Source: Torpedo marmorata
Lineage: Eukaryota
Assembly: GCA_977017645.1 (NCBI GenBank)
Contig: OZ360239.1
Coordinates: 44,702,001 to 44,766,000, forward strand
DNA: 64,000 nucleotides
Direction of reading: 5' to 3'
Made by a program: the position numbers and the translations under genes. This document shows positions 1 through 12,910 of the stretch, piece by piece. The notes beneath the pieces were generated by a model. That model saw only the letters and a list, made by a program, of their open reading frames with translations. It was not told where the DNA came from and did no database searches. Numbering within the stretch: position 1 is the first letter of the stretch; the number at the start of each line of letters is the position of its first letter.

Positions 1-3000
1 AGAGCCCAATGGCTGCAGTAACAATGACTCCAACAATTTCCCCAATGCCTGGACTTGCCTGGTTCAGAGATGGAAGACCTCTGTGCATCTTATTGGCACA
101 AAGTGTCCTGTGGTGCTCTGAAGAAGCCCCCTCCCAACAAAACATCCCTGAAACAGCCAACAAAGCCCCAACACCTTAAACTCAGTGATTACAAATAGTT
201 AATCATTTAATTGTTGTTTTTACCTACACATTGATCTGAGCCAAAATGATTAAAGAAGAGGAACTTTTGCTGTTTTAACCACAGTCCCACCATTCCTGTT
301 TGAGGTCAGTGGGGTCTAAAATAGTACAGGATCCAAGAGCCAATCTAAACACAACAGAGTGAAATGACAGGTTCAGCGTTCCAAATCTGTCAGTAAATTA
401 GGATTTTCATTCATAACTGCCATTCAGAACAGTCAGCATTATCAGCAAAATCTGGACCAGAAATCCTCCCTGATCTGCAGGGCCAAACGTGCTATATAAC
501 ATTATTGTGTACTGCGTCCAAGATTCAATTCCATTGCGTTGAGTGGAATATTTAGTATCTCCAACCTGGCATGAACTTCCAGGCAGCTATATATAATTGT
601 GGTAAAATGTTCTGCTGTAATAAATGATTTCCTTTTATTAAAGTATAAGGTCATATACAAGTCATCTCAGTGGTTATTTTGGCTCTGTTAAAGATGTCAG
701 TTAGTTTTGCAAAGGTTATCCTATACTTATACCCAACAGATTAAACAAAATCTGGTCATGTTTTTTCTGGCATCTGCATGTTCAATACTTTATTTAGACA
801 TTTTGAATGCTTTTTCAGGCAAGTTAATGTGAGTGTTGCAACAGTTTTTGCATATGATTGATTGCTTAACATGACAAATATCATCATCAGCTTCTGATAG
901 TACCTGTGTTAAGTTCCAGTTGATTCAGATAAAGTATCAATTGAATGGGAAAAATATTCTAATTTACTATACCCCTGCTGTTAACCTTGCTGAAATCTAC
1001 TTTCACACTGCAATGAACCACATATTATGGACCTGCCACTGTTAGATGTGAATAAAAGATTTCCCACATGGGGCAAGGTCTATAAAATCATTTCATGTAA
1101 GAAAAAGGAAAAAAAAAGGATATATATGTGATAAAAAGTATTAATTACTTTGAAGAAATTAAAACATACTTCAGCAACTAACTCATTAATTGGCCTTTTT
1201 TCTTACACCCACTTTTATGAATTGTTTCCCATTTTATTCCAGAATTAATGCTGATCCATGGCACAAATCAAATTTTGAAATTATGTAGCAGAGACAATAA
1301 ATTTGGTCTTATGACGCTTAAAGAAGAATCCCAGTGGGAGTCATTGCGTGAATCTGCAGGGATAGAGAGGTGGCAGTCAAGCTGCTCTTTATCATGACAG
1401 ATCTCCTTTACACACTAATTTTATTGTTAAAGAAAAGGGAATAGAGTTAAATCCTAAGAAATCCTTTTACTGCTAGTTTGACTTGGCAGCTTGGGGAAAA
1501 AAAAGAGGTTTCATGGATTCCAACTGTTTCCTTTGAGTCTCTGATACAAATGAGTATCTACCATTAAGAAGCAACACCTTAGCCCCCTCTGCCCTCTCTC
1601 AAAGAAAATTAAATTCAGAGAGTATCTACCCACACAACTTTGCTCAGAATCAGAGCATTTTACTGCCACAAACAGACATTTCCCCAGATTACAATTTGTG
1701 TTGTATTAACTGTCAAGTGTACTTTTGAGAAATATCGATAACAATTCAGATCCAATTGATGAATAGTGACAGTCGATTTTATAGCTTAATAAAACAGCAG
1801 AAAAATAATAATTGTGGTACCAGCACTTAAGGACTGTATTTGTTTTTCATAATATTCTTTGTGAAATGTATTTTAATGAGTTTATCTCTTCAAACTAAAT
1901 GTTGAATTTATTGTACAATATGAAGAAAATATATATCCTTAAGATTTATTTTGGTATTAGCTTAATAAACAGACCAACAATTTTACAATAATACTCTTGA
2001 GTTTCAATATTTTAGAAAATACATAAATTATGTTCCCCTCCTTCTAATTATTTGTTTAATTATGCCTTATGCCACACTCCATTTCCTGATAAGAGAGCTA
2101 GTAGATGGATGGCTCCTAAGCCTCTACCAAAGGTGCTTTAGTTACAATGCAGAATCGCCATTCCCATCCAACATCATCTGGATCTTGTGAAGCTACTCTC
2201 ACCAGAGCTTACACAAGGCTAGCATGAATTGACTCCACTGACTCTTCTCCCCTTACACAATATTTCTCTTCTTAACACCTCTGCAGATTGCCTGACTGAG
2301 GTCCTGCCATTTCACAGCACACTCCTTTAATGTACTAATGAGGTGGGCCATTGAGTCGAGCCTTCCTGCTCGTATGTCTTTTAAGAATTTATTTTGTCTC
2401 AGTCGTGTGTTTTCAAGGATTTTATGTTTGAACATTTTTTTGTACATGCGATAATGTGAACTGACAAATTTCAGTTTGCATGGAATGACCTGTTCTTGAA
2501 TTTCATGAAAATATAAAGTTTTCCTTAAGTTGTTACATAAAATAGCAACTCTCTATAACATTATACAGAGGAGATCAGTGACGCATACTGTTTTACTGGA
2601 GACACACAAGAGATGCACTGTTTTGTTTCTAATGGAATCGGTATTAAATACTTGAAACATATTTCCCAGATTTTTCAAGAACACAGACTTTTGACGTTGT
2701 GGAAAAGGACACATGTAGCCAGCTTGTGTTGCTGAACGCTCCTGTCATTATTAACAGAAAGCTTTCTATCAAAATGTCCAGTTTAATCTTGAACTATAAA
2801 TTGGAGGATTGAATGTTCCAGTCATTCGCTGCACAATGCGAAACTAACATGACACCTTGCAGATAAAAAAATCTCACGTAAAAAAAAATCTTTTAAACTA
2901 ACTCTAGGATAAAACTTTTATTTTCACTCAGTGTGCAGTTTGGGTTCTTTATCGAAGCAGTGCAAATTCAAATCTACCGGCTTGGTCGAAATCAAATGAT

Positions 3001-3567
3001 GGTAGTTACCACTGTTTGAATTCATCCATACTTCTTACTGATGATATGATTGATTTTCTTTCAGAGTTGCTCATATAAGGGATTGTCTTCCTTATCACTG
3101 TGGTACCAGCTAATGTATACAGCCTTGGTCAGTCTGGGAATGGCAAGAGGTTGACATGTGGAAGTACAACTGAAATGAATACGGATGAAATTTGAAAGTG
3201 CAATTTTCCATCTGTCAATCACTTTTGAAAGGAACAACTTAACCACCAATCAGAAAGGTCCTTTGTGAGGTCATCTTCATTTAGGGGTACTTTTGAGAGG
3301 GAATCCACCATTATTTGGTAACATATCATGTTTCCATGAAATTATTTCTATGAAACAATTTTTCAGCATTAATTGTTTCTGCCATGTGTTTATTGATCAT
3401 TGATATCGATAACCAGAAACAAATGGAATAAAATTTGATGATGATGTTACAGAGCTTAATGGAATTGCTAACATTGTATGCTCAGCTCACTTCAGAAAAA
3501 AACTGTGTGGTACTTTGGTATTAATAATGTATAGACACCAAAACCCATTTTGACCGTAGCTTTAAGA

Positions 3568-3755
3568 NNNNNNNNNNNNNNNNNNNNNNNNNNNNNNNNN
3601 NNNNNNNNNNNNNNNNNNNNNNNNNNNNNNNNNNNNNNNNNNNNNNNNNNNNNNNNNNNNNNNNNNNNNNNNNNNNNNNNNNNNNNNNNNNNNNNNNNNN
3701 NNNNNNNNNNNNNNNNNNNNNNNNNNNNNNNNNNNNNNNNNNNNNNNNNNNNNNN
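3568..3755. other. Assembly gap or masked run (188 N)
   Basis: Run of N. Confidence 0.99.
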
Positions 3756-4268
3756 ATAACACTCTCAGGTAATCGTATGTTGCCACATGTAAAGTGCACT
3801 TTCCTGGTTGAGTCTAATATTGGCTATCAAATATAGATGAGAAGGATGCATTTGTGACACATCAGATTTCCAAAACAAAAAGCACAATACAATCTGAGGA
3901 ATAATAAGGACACAAAACATAGAATCCCAGGGAGTTTATGGGAGCAGAAAGGGATCACACTGTGCTGTGGATTCTTAAGACTCAGTTACCTTATTCTTTT
4001 CCTGTCAGTGCTTTTGTGATATGTTACCTTGTTAGCATCAGTAGGAAAAACATAAATAATTTTTATTATTTGTGAATCTCAACCTGTCTTGTTAATAGAC
4101 AGGCCACACAGAGTCAAAACCATATTATATGGCACTGGGCAGAGACAATAACTCAAAAGATGTCACTTTCCTACCACTTTACTTTATTAATTCTAAACCC
4201 TAAAAATTGGAAGGGAATTTCCTGTGTTCCATTTAATGAAGGAATGCAGAAACAAAAAGGAAATTTCC

Positions 4269-4408
4269 NNNNNNNNNNNNNNNNNNNNNNNNNNNNNNNN
4301 NNNNNNNNNNNNNNNNNNNNNNNNNNNNNNNNNNNNNNNNNNNNNNNNNNNNNNNNNNNNNNNNNNNNNNNNNNNNNNNNNNNNNNNNNNNNNNNNNNNN
4401 NNNNNNNN
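4269..4408. other. Assembly gap or masked run (140 N)
   Basis: Run of N. Confidence 0.99.
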
Positions 4409-5047
4409 GCCTTCATCTGCAATGTTTATTGGATTACAACCAATACAAATCTTGTTGTAAAACAGAAGTAAAAAAAACAGGTTAACCAAGAGAAGTGATG
4501 GCCAGGCAAATATCTCAGCAGATGATGATAAGTCAACTGTTCGAAGTAAATTTGAACAAAAACAATGTTTGTGATAAAACTCTTCATTGTCAGGGTAATT
4601 GATAAGCCTCTGCTGCAGTTCATTACCCTGACAGATCAGGCTTAACGATTTAGACAAAGAAGTGGATGTTTGGTAAAATATGTTAATTATACTCAAGCAT
4701 GTCTACTTGCTCTAATTAATCTTTTTAACATACTTTGGAGGAGTTAGAATTTTTTTAAAAATGAGATAGAGATAGCAAATGCGACATGTTGCAACATCTA
4801 TGACTCAACTGCGATTGAGGCTGAGAAGAGCATAAATACATTTAAAGGTTTACTTCAATACTGGAAATATAAATCAAAGCAATTATTTCAATTAGCCAAG
4901 CCAATTGTGTTGTAAGTCCACTTGTGTAATATGTAGAACTGTTATTTATAATTTGTGTTGCCTGCCATGAGAAGATAACCTGCAACCTCATTGAGAACCG
5001 AGTGACATGACATTGGTCATGCAAATAAAGACCATTGAAATTTAGAG

Positions 5048-5270
5048 ACACAAGAGACTGCAGATGCTGGAATCTGGAGCAAAAAAAAACAAACCGCTGG
5101 AAGAACTCAGCAGGTCCTGACAGCATCTATGGAGGTAGAGTGATTGTCAAGATTTTATGCTGAGACCTTAAATCCTGATGCAATGGTCTTGAGCTGAAAT
5201 TTCGACTATCCTTCTGCCTCCACAGCTGCTTCCTGGCTCGTTGAGTTCTTCCAGCAGTTTGTTTTATTGC
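5048..5270. mobile_element. Short non-autonomous Penelope-like element formed by inverted pseudo-LTR arms
   Basis: gctggaagaactcagc...gttgagttcttccagc inverted arms; resembles the terminal part of the Penelope fragment at 18282-18430; degenerate CTGATG...GAAA core at 5175-5199. Confidence 0.7.
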
Positions 5271-8200
5271 GGCAGGAAATCCAAACTCAAGGTTTTTTTT
5301 GTCATACCTTTTTTTTAAACCCCTTTTTCTACTGCTTCATTTTTTAAATTCATGTTCAAAAGAAGGTTCATTTTTTTGTATTCAAAGAATAAGAGGCAAT
5401 TTTGGTAAACAATTACAATCTCACCATGAGATGGTTTGCAAAGCAGAATGCTTCTTGAACAAAATGTAATTTTCAGCCACAGATTTTTTCAAAATAATTT
5501 CACCTCTTTCATTATCTTTTTCAGTGTATATATTTTTTGTCCAGAAATATAATAATGAAATACAACTGTACATGTTCTTTCTCCAGAATTCTTTTCGTCC
5601 AATTTGGCCTAAGTGCATATTGCTGCACTGAACCTGAGACCTCTGGCTACGACCTCGACACATGTATATTTAATGGGCCAGCAGTTGGCAAGGGTGCTGC
5701 TCTGATCAAGATTTGAAGAAGTAGCTTTGAACACTCCTATGTGTTGCTACATGCACAGCCCCAAGCTGCTTCTACCAGATGTAGACCAATGAATCACAGT
5801 TTTAGGTAATGTCCAACACAGTCTGTATACTGTAAAAGTCAAACTCATAAAACAGAGTCATATTTGCACAAATATAACATGCAATACCTGTGCTTCATGT
5901 GAAAACTGCTGGTAATTTGTAATCAGAACCCTATTCTTGGCATTAATTGTTTGTGGAAATAGGATTGACTGCTAATGCTGGTTTGTTCAACAGCTCTCTG
6001 AGTTACACACATATCTGTCTAATAGAACACTAACAACCGTTGCTCTTAATTTCTCAGGAGTACCTGTTCTCGTTGACATGTCCCTTGTGCTTTTACTTCT
6101 GGGGTTACCAAAGGATACAACTGCTTTCAACCACACTAGAACATTCAAATAAAATACAGCAAAAACACAAGTTTAACATCGGTGCCATTTTACTGTTTTC
6201 TTTCCTCAAACAGGCAGTTAAAATTGCTTTCCAAATTGGTACAGCAGTAACCTTGTCAATGATATCAACCCTTCAGGTTTGTTCTTGGGTACCTGACTAA
6301 CTGAAGTGCTCAGATTGCTGCTTTGACTACTCACTATCGTCAGTACTTTGTATGTCTCTGTAAACCACCCCAGAACCAAAAATCCTCCCTTCCTGCACTG
6401 ACCTCTCTGTTCTGGAAACAATTACTCCTAGAAGGCCTGTCAATATCATTATTTTTACAAGAAATCAATACGACTCACAGAGTTAATGGGGGATTCAGGC
6501 AGCCACCGTTTACCTTCTCACTGTCAGTAGTGCAGCAGGCCGTGCTCCAGCACAGATGACAGATTCACCCAGACACCAAGCAGACAGTAAGCAATGGGTA
6601 AAAAAGAGAAATAGGCTGCAGGCAGGCGTGGAAAACGTCAGCTCCGCAGGCATTTATGCTCTAACAAGCCAAAGATGTCAGTATCTTGTAGTGTCCAGTT
6701 AGGAACAATGCAGAATAGAGAAGGTATTTGCACGTACAGCTTTTTTTATTAGGCTGTACTTTACCATGCATCAGCACCAAAATGTGTGCACTCGCCAATC
6801 ATTTACCGTGAGGGATATAAGTAGGCTAAAAGTGTATGTGTACACTTCATCATCTTTTCATGAAGTTAATTTCTTGCAGAGAAATTTGGTTTTCATAAAA
6901 AACATTATTATTATCCTTAGATCTGAATGTAAAAAAGAATGTGTTCCTCCCAACTTAGTTAAACATTTTATTTCCAGGATCATAAAGACATGCCTCAAAG
7001 TGTCTGCAACACAGTTTTTCTCAATGAAACTAATATGCAGTATAATTGTTTAAAATGTTGATCCCTAACCTCTTGTACATTTCCCATACTTTATGCTACC
7101 ATCCCCAGATGGGTCAGAAGCTGTGCCAGAAGCCTACTTGTCAGCAGCTTTGTGAGCTATGTGATCATCTGGCATCGAGAGACATGTCTTCATACTAATT
7201 TTTTCCTGACCCCACCCCTATCCCCATCCTATTCATCATCTACAAACATACTTGTCAGTTCCGTGAGTATGGAACAAGCACAGCATTTGCAAATTTCTTG
7301 GAGTCACCAGAGTATCCAGTTATTTGAGATTTCACGCCCAATGTATAACTTGGAGAAAAATAACTCGAGCGATCTCAAAGAACACATTGCAATTTCCTAA
7401 GCTAAGCTGCAAATGTGTGAGAAGTAATGGGTTAATGTAACAAATAAGACAGTGCCTGAGTAGGGTCAAATATTCCTAACCAAACATTCCCTAAGCTAAA
7501 ATTACCGTAATTGATGACTCCACCACATGGTGGTGAACTGAGGATACTAAAGAGGAATCTTGGAGCTTCTCGCCTACATTCAACAGATTGGAATTTGTAG
7601 CAGTGCCTCACATCATTAGCTTGGTCGTTCACAGCTTTTTTGGCCCTAATGCAAGCCACATGCAGAACAGGGTTGATTACTGAGGCTCATAAAAAGGCAC
7701 ATTCTGATTGGCTGGTGCAAGATGGGAAAAAAAGGGTCTCTGAGGAAAAAACAACAAACAAATTCCATGTCTACAATGCAGAACTCAAAACATTTTTCAT
7801 GCTTTGTGGTTTCACGAGAAGCAGCAAGCTGTTTAAAAAATGCCTTGTCCAAATTGAACATTTGCTTGACATGATGGAAAAGTGAGTGCTATTTTCTGTT
7901 ATATTGCCCTTATTCTACATTTACAAGAATATATTTTTTTTGCTGCTCCCAACTGATTTCACAGTGGTGAACTCCGTTTATGAATTATCTGACACATCTC
8001 CTGCAATTTTTCTGACAACAGTGCTCAGTGGAAATTTCAAGGCCCTCTTTCTGACAAGTAGAAATATCAATATTTGAATAAATTGTGGATTTTAAACTTC
8101 TCACTTCGATGCACTGGAGCTGGGAGACTGAATTTTTCTTTTACTGGGTCTAATCCCCTTGAGCCTAAAGAAAGAAATCTGTATGCAGCATTTCATTACA

Positions 8201-9959
8201 AGAAAGCTGCACTGAGTGACATTTGAGGCACACATCTAAGTCGAGCTGATGAAGTTTACTTCCTTCAAACAACAAATAGCATCTTTGTATTATTTCCCCT
8301 TCTCAAGAAAAAGTGAAAGCATGATGGCTAGCAAAAAAACAGAAATGTTGATTCACAAATTGACAGGACAATCTTTAAACAAATGTGTTTCTTTGGGAAA
8401 AAGTGCAGCTTTGTTCTTTGCTGAGCATTTTTTTTTGCCTGGCAGAAAAATTCCAAAGCTGATTAGAAGGAACTTGTTAGGATCCTGTCTCAGACACGCT
8501 GACTCCACATTTTAACAACCGTGCAAAACAAAACAACATAAAGATAACAAAACATTGTCATTACTTTTTATGTGTGCTGTGGATGTCAATCAATACATAG
8601 CATTAAGAATATAAAAATTCCAGTATGCTGCTGAGAAATGCATTTGATTTATTCATTGAAAAAGCTAGACAATGATTAACAGTGTTAAATTAATTACAAC
8701 TGTTCTGTACCTTTTAAAGATGAGGACGGACTGATTAAATGTTTGATTAACCACTAGGATTTTCACCAGATGAAAAAATAGACAAGGAAACAAATCATAA
8801 GTAAGCATTAAGAAACTATTGTCAGTGTGGCTTGATTGTAGGCCTCATTACCTCTTCAAGTAAACCTACTTTGACAGCACCACTTCTACCTTTCCTGCCC
8901 TCAACCTCTTGTCTTATCCATCGAAACCCTGATGTTAGTCTGTTGCTTGTCTCATTCTGCAGGATTCTCTCTGTAACAGTGCGGAGGCTGCCATGGATCT
9001 GATAGTGCCACTTAACAATAGATTGGCCTATTCCTTTTTTTAAGGTGAATAAATGACCTGCACAATTTCAGCAGCACGAGAACCTCAAGAGGACAGATTT
9101 TCAGCATGTGTCTCATCTTTTTTTTATCTGTACAACTTTACTGGCCATGAATAATTCTGCTTTAATAGTTTTCCAAATTCAGTAAATCCATTGAAACTGA
9201 TCAGCTAAATCTGAAAAAATGCATTCTAAATAAACAACTCAATACATTTTTATACAAATTGCTCTTCTGTAGCTTATTCTACTAGGAGCAATGCTCTCTG
9301 TATCTAAACTTGTTTTGTAACCAATAATATGTTTGTGAACTGTTTTCTTTCAGACCGATTTCAAATCATATTATCCTGCACACAAAACCCAACTCATCAT
9401 CTATAACTAAGGCCGACATTCTCCGCCTGCTTCCTGTGTTAATTTTTTGCATGTTCTGGTGTGGCAATAATGCTCTGATGCATTTCACTCTTGACTGGAT
9501 ACAGTGAGATTGCTAATCAGGATTACTTGATTCAGTCAACACTAATTTCAATAAAAGGACAAAAAAATTATCATAAATATAGAGGATGTGCTGTGGATAG
9601 TGACAGGTGATTAAAATCTCATTCATTTGGAATCAGCCTGATTCATGGTGGTCAGATAAGAGAAGTCTTCATATCAACAGCAGATGATTATCATCCGACT
9701 CATTCTTAGTCATTTTTGATTGCACATGCATACGCAAATTGGTATAAAGTAGACTCATGAACAACAGATCATCATATCAGAGGTTGACCTCTTCCAGATG
9801 GGCACATTATTTACATGATTCTTCCTAAACTGGGAGCTGTAATACAACTAATACTAATTTACCAAACCAGAAAAAGGTAAAAACTTTCTTTAAAAAAAAA
9901 TCTGTAATTTCAAACAAAACCAAACTGGGTGTTTATAAAGCCAAGGGATCCATGAGTAA

Positions 9960-10130
9960 ATATGCCATTGGGTGCAAAGTTTCAGGTTCAATCACAGGTA
10001 TGTGCTGAGCTGCTGAGACTTTACATGGGAAATGCTGGACTACTATACCAGGCCTTAGCATTCATGAGATAAGGATAAGAAATACAATTATTGTTCCATC
10101 TCATGATAATTAAACTGTGATGCAGTTGGA
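9960..10130 (+). mobile_element. Possible highly degraded ancient tRNA-derived SINE
   Basis: B-box-like caggttcaatc followed by tgtgctgag...ggccttagc, resembling a recalled elasmobranch SINE; weak. Confidence 0.3.
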
Positions 10131-10924
10131 ATAGTTAATGCACTAATACTGAAATGGGCACATAATCCATAGGTATTCAAATGAAGAAAATGCCTAGTAT
10201 GAGGAACCAGATGGAAAAATTCATAATAATAGAAAATAAAAGTTTCTGACAGTTCATACAATGTTGCAAGTGTTGTCCTATTATCCTTAATCCTATCACA
10301 TCTCTCAATTGGACTAAGGAAGGAAGAAATGATAGAACAGGATGGTTGAAATAAAACAAATACAGGGTTACCTCTCTGTAGGAAAAGAAAAACAGATGGA
10401 AGTCAAGTTCAGCTAATCATTTTTCATATACCTGGTACTGGATAATATTGGGAAAAGACAAACAAAGACTTCTTTCCATTCCCTTCATGAGATTTCCACT
10501 CAGATAATAAGAAAGGCAGCCATTTGACACAATCCATCACACTCATCCAGGAAAACCTTTTTTATTTCTTTTCCAGCAATCATTTGCCCCTTAAGTGATT
10601 TCAGGATTTTTCTTTTACAAGTACCAACCTAAAGTCCAAATATTGATTAATTATTTTATGTTGACAAGATATTTGTCATCAGCTTTAATTTTTACTGTTC
10701 ACTATTTTCAAGCAGTAATCTTTATTTATGGATTAATATAAATGAGTCTGGATTTATCTGTTCTGTGCCATTACTATCCTAGCTAGCTCTCTAAAGTTCA
10801 TTCCAGTCACTTCCTTTGAGGACAAATGAGCATGTGATTTCTCATTCTTTAACCCTCTAATGATAGCAATACCTTCTGCGTCACCTCCAAGCCTCGACTG
10901 TCTTTTAAAAAAAATATATTTACA

Positions 10925-11130
10925 ACATGGTAGAAGCCGATTCTGGCCAATGAAACCTGTGCTGCCCAATTACACCCAATTAACCTCCAACCCGGTACAT
11001 TTTGGAGGGTGGTAGGAAACCGGAGTACCTGGGTAAAACCCACCCACACAGGTCACAAACTCCTTACAGACAACGCCAATCTCAAGCCCAGGTCGCTGGT
11101 GCTGTAATACCGTCACGTTAACGCTAGCCA
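10925..11130 (-). mobile_element. tRNA-derived SINE (V-SINE/HE1-like)
   Basis: Reverse-complement V-domain-like core (ggaaaccggagtacctggg...aaactccttacagaca); similar to 11445-11683. Confidence 0.8.
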
Positions 11131-11444
11131 TGCTGTTTTGTATTTTGATGACCCAAACTAAACACAATTCTTAAAATTTGACTTAACTATAGCAATACAC
11201 AATTTTACCATCTTATCTTCTAACTGCCACAACAAATTTCCAGTACTGTGAATTGCCTGGTGTTCCATTCACTCAGATAATTGCTGCTCCTTGGTGCTTG
11301 GACATTGTAAGATTCAAATTGACAAATATTTTCACACTATTTTTAATCAAAATAGTGCACATACACTTTTTTTCTTTTACAGTGGTATATCAATATGTAT
11401 GATCTACTGCTTTTCACCCTTTAATTTTTAAAAATTTTTCAAAT

Positions 11445-11683
11445 TTAAACATACAGCACGGTAACAGGCCCTTCCGGCCCACGAGTCCGTGCCGCCCAAA
11501 TACCCCAAATAGCCAACAACTCCCGTACAGTTTGAAAGGTGGGAGGAAACCGGAGTGCCCGGAGGAAATCCACGCACACATGGGGAGAACGAACTAACTC
11601 CTTACAGACAGCGCCGGATTTGAACCTGGATTGCTGACGCTGTAATAGTGTTGCGCTTACCGCTACGCTAACCGTGCCGCCCA
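11445..11683 (-). mobile_element. tRNA-derived SINE (V-SINE/HE1-like), young CpG-rich copy
   Basis: On minus: GGGCGGCACGGTTAGCGTAGCGG A-box head, GGTTCAAATCC B-box, TCCGGTTTCCTCCCAC core, LINE-like tail. Confidence 0.88.
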
Positions 11684-11904
11684 AATTCCAAATTGTATCT
11701 AGCTCATTAATATATCCTTATTTGCCATGGTCCATACATATGACCAATTTGAATTGTGCAGTTGAACCTGGATGATGAACATAAATTAAAAATATCTGGG
11801 ATGCCAACACATAACTCATTCAGTATGCTTGTTTATACTATGTACCTCTCCTAACAAGGGGCTAGTACAAGGATTGTGCAAGGTAAAAAAAAAAAGTAAT
11901 AAGC

Positions 11905-12910
11905 TAAATAGCTATCAAATTCTTAAAGGACTTAAGAGGCTGGATGAAAGGGAAGATGTTTCCCTGAGCTGAAGAGACTAGAGCCAGGTGCATTCAGAAT
12001 GGAAATGAAGAAGCCTTTCTTCATGCAGAGGGTAGTGAATCTTTGGAATTCTCTACCCGATACACCCTTGGAAGCTCAATAATGATGTTCATTCAAAATA
12101 GAGATGGATAGATTTCTGGGCTTTAAGGGAATCAGGAGAGATGGGAACAATGCTGGAAAATGGGGCTCAGGTAGAAGATTAATGATGAGATTTCAGATTT
12201 ATTGTCAGAGTACATACATGACGTCACATACAACCCTGAGATTTGTTTTCCTGCGGGCGCGGCAGAATTACCACTAATTGGTAGTGCAAAAAGTAAACTG
12301 TACACAGCGTAAACATGTAAACAATCAAAAGAACTGCTAACAGGTAACGAATGAAACTGAAAATGAAAATGAAACTGACTGCAATACAGAGAGAGCAAAT
12401 AAAAATCAATAAAGTGCATGAGTAAGAGTCCTTAAATGAGTCTCTGATTTGACTTTGTCGTTGAGGATTCTGATGGTAGAGGGGTAGCAGCTGTTCCTAA
12501 ACCTGGTGGTGCAAGTCTTGTGGCACCTATACCTCTTTCCTGATGGCAGCAGCGAGAACAGAGTATGTGCTGGGTGGTGTGGGTCTTTGATGATTGCTGC
12601 TGCCCTTCGACAGCAGCATTCCCTGTAAATGTTCTCGATAGTGGGTAGGGATTTGCCTGTGATGTCCTGAGCCCACTACCTTTTGCAGAGCTTTACGCTC
12701 AGGGGTATTGGTGTCCCCACACCAGACCGTGATGCAGTTGGTCAGCACACTTTCCACCACACATCTGTAGAAATTTGCCAGGGTTTCTGGTGTCATACCA
12801 AACCTCTGCAAACTCCTGAGGAAGTAGAGGTGCTGACGTGCTTTCTTCACGATGAACGGTGGAATAGGCTCAAAGGGCCATAAAGCCTGCTCCCATTCCA
12901 ATTTCTTACG
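11905..12910 (+). mobile_element. CR1 LINE 3' end remnant, split by the Rex1/Babar-like insertion at about 12186-12850
   Basis: gagggtagtgaatctttggaattctctacc and ggctcaaagggcc...tttcttacgttctta match the 3' end of the CR1 copy at 30149-30500. Confidence 0.7.
12186..12850 (-). mobile_element. Rex1/Babar-like (L2-group) LINE, 5'-truncated 3' fragment
   Basis: ORF 12527..12901 contains KKARQHLYFLRSLQRFG...FYRCVVESVLT; 3' tail tgacaataaatctgaaatc; same family as 63590-64000. Confidence 0.85.

Noticed and set aside
3521-4696. ORFs containing long X runs
   Set aside because: Artefacts of the N gaps.
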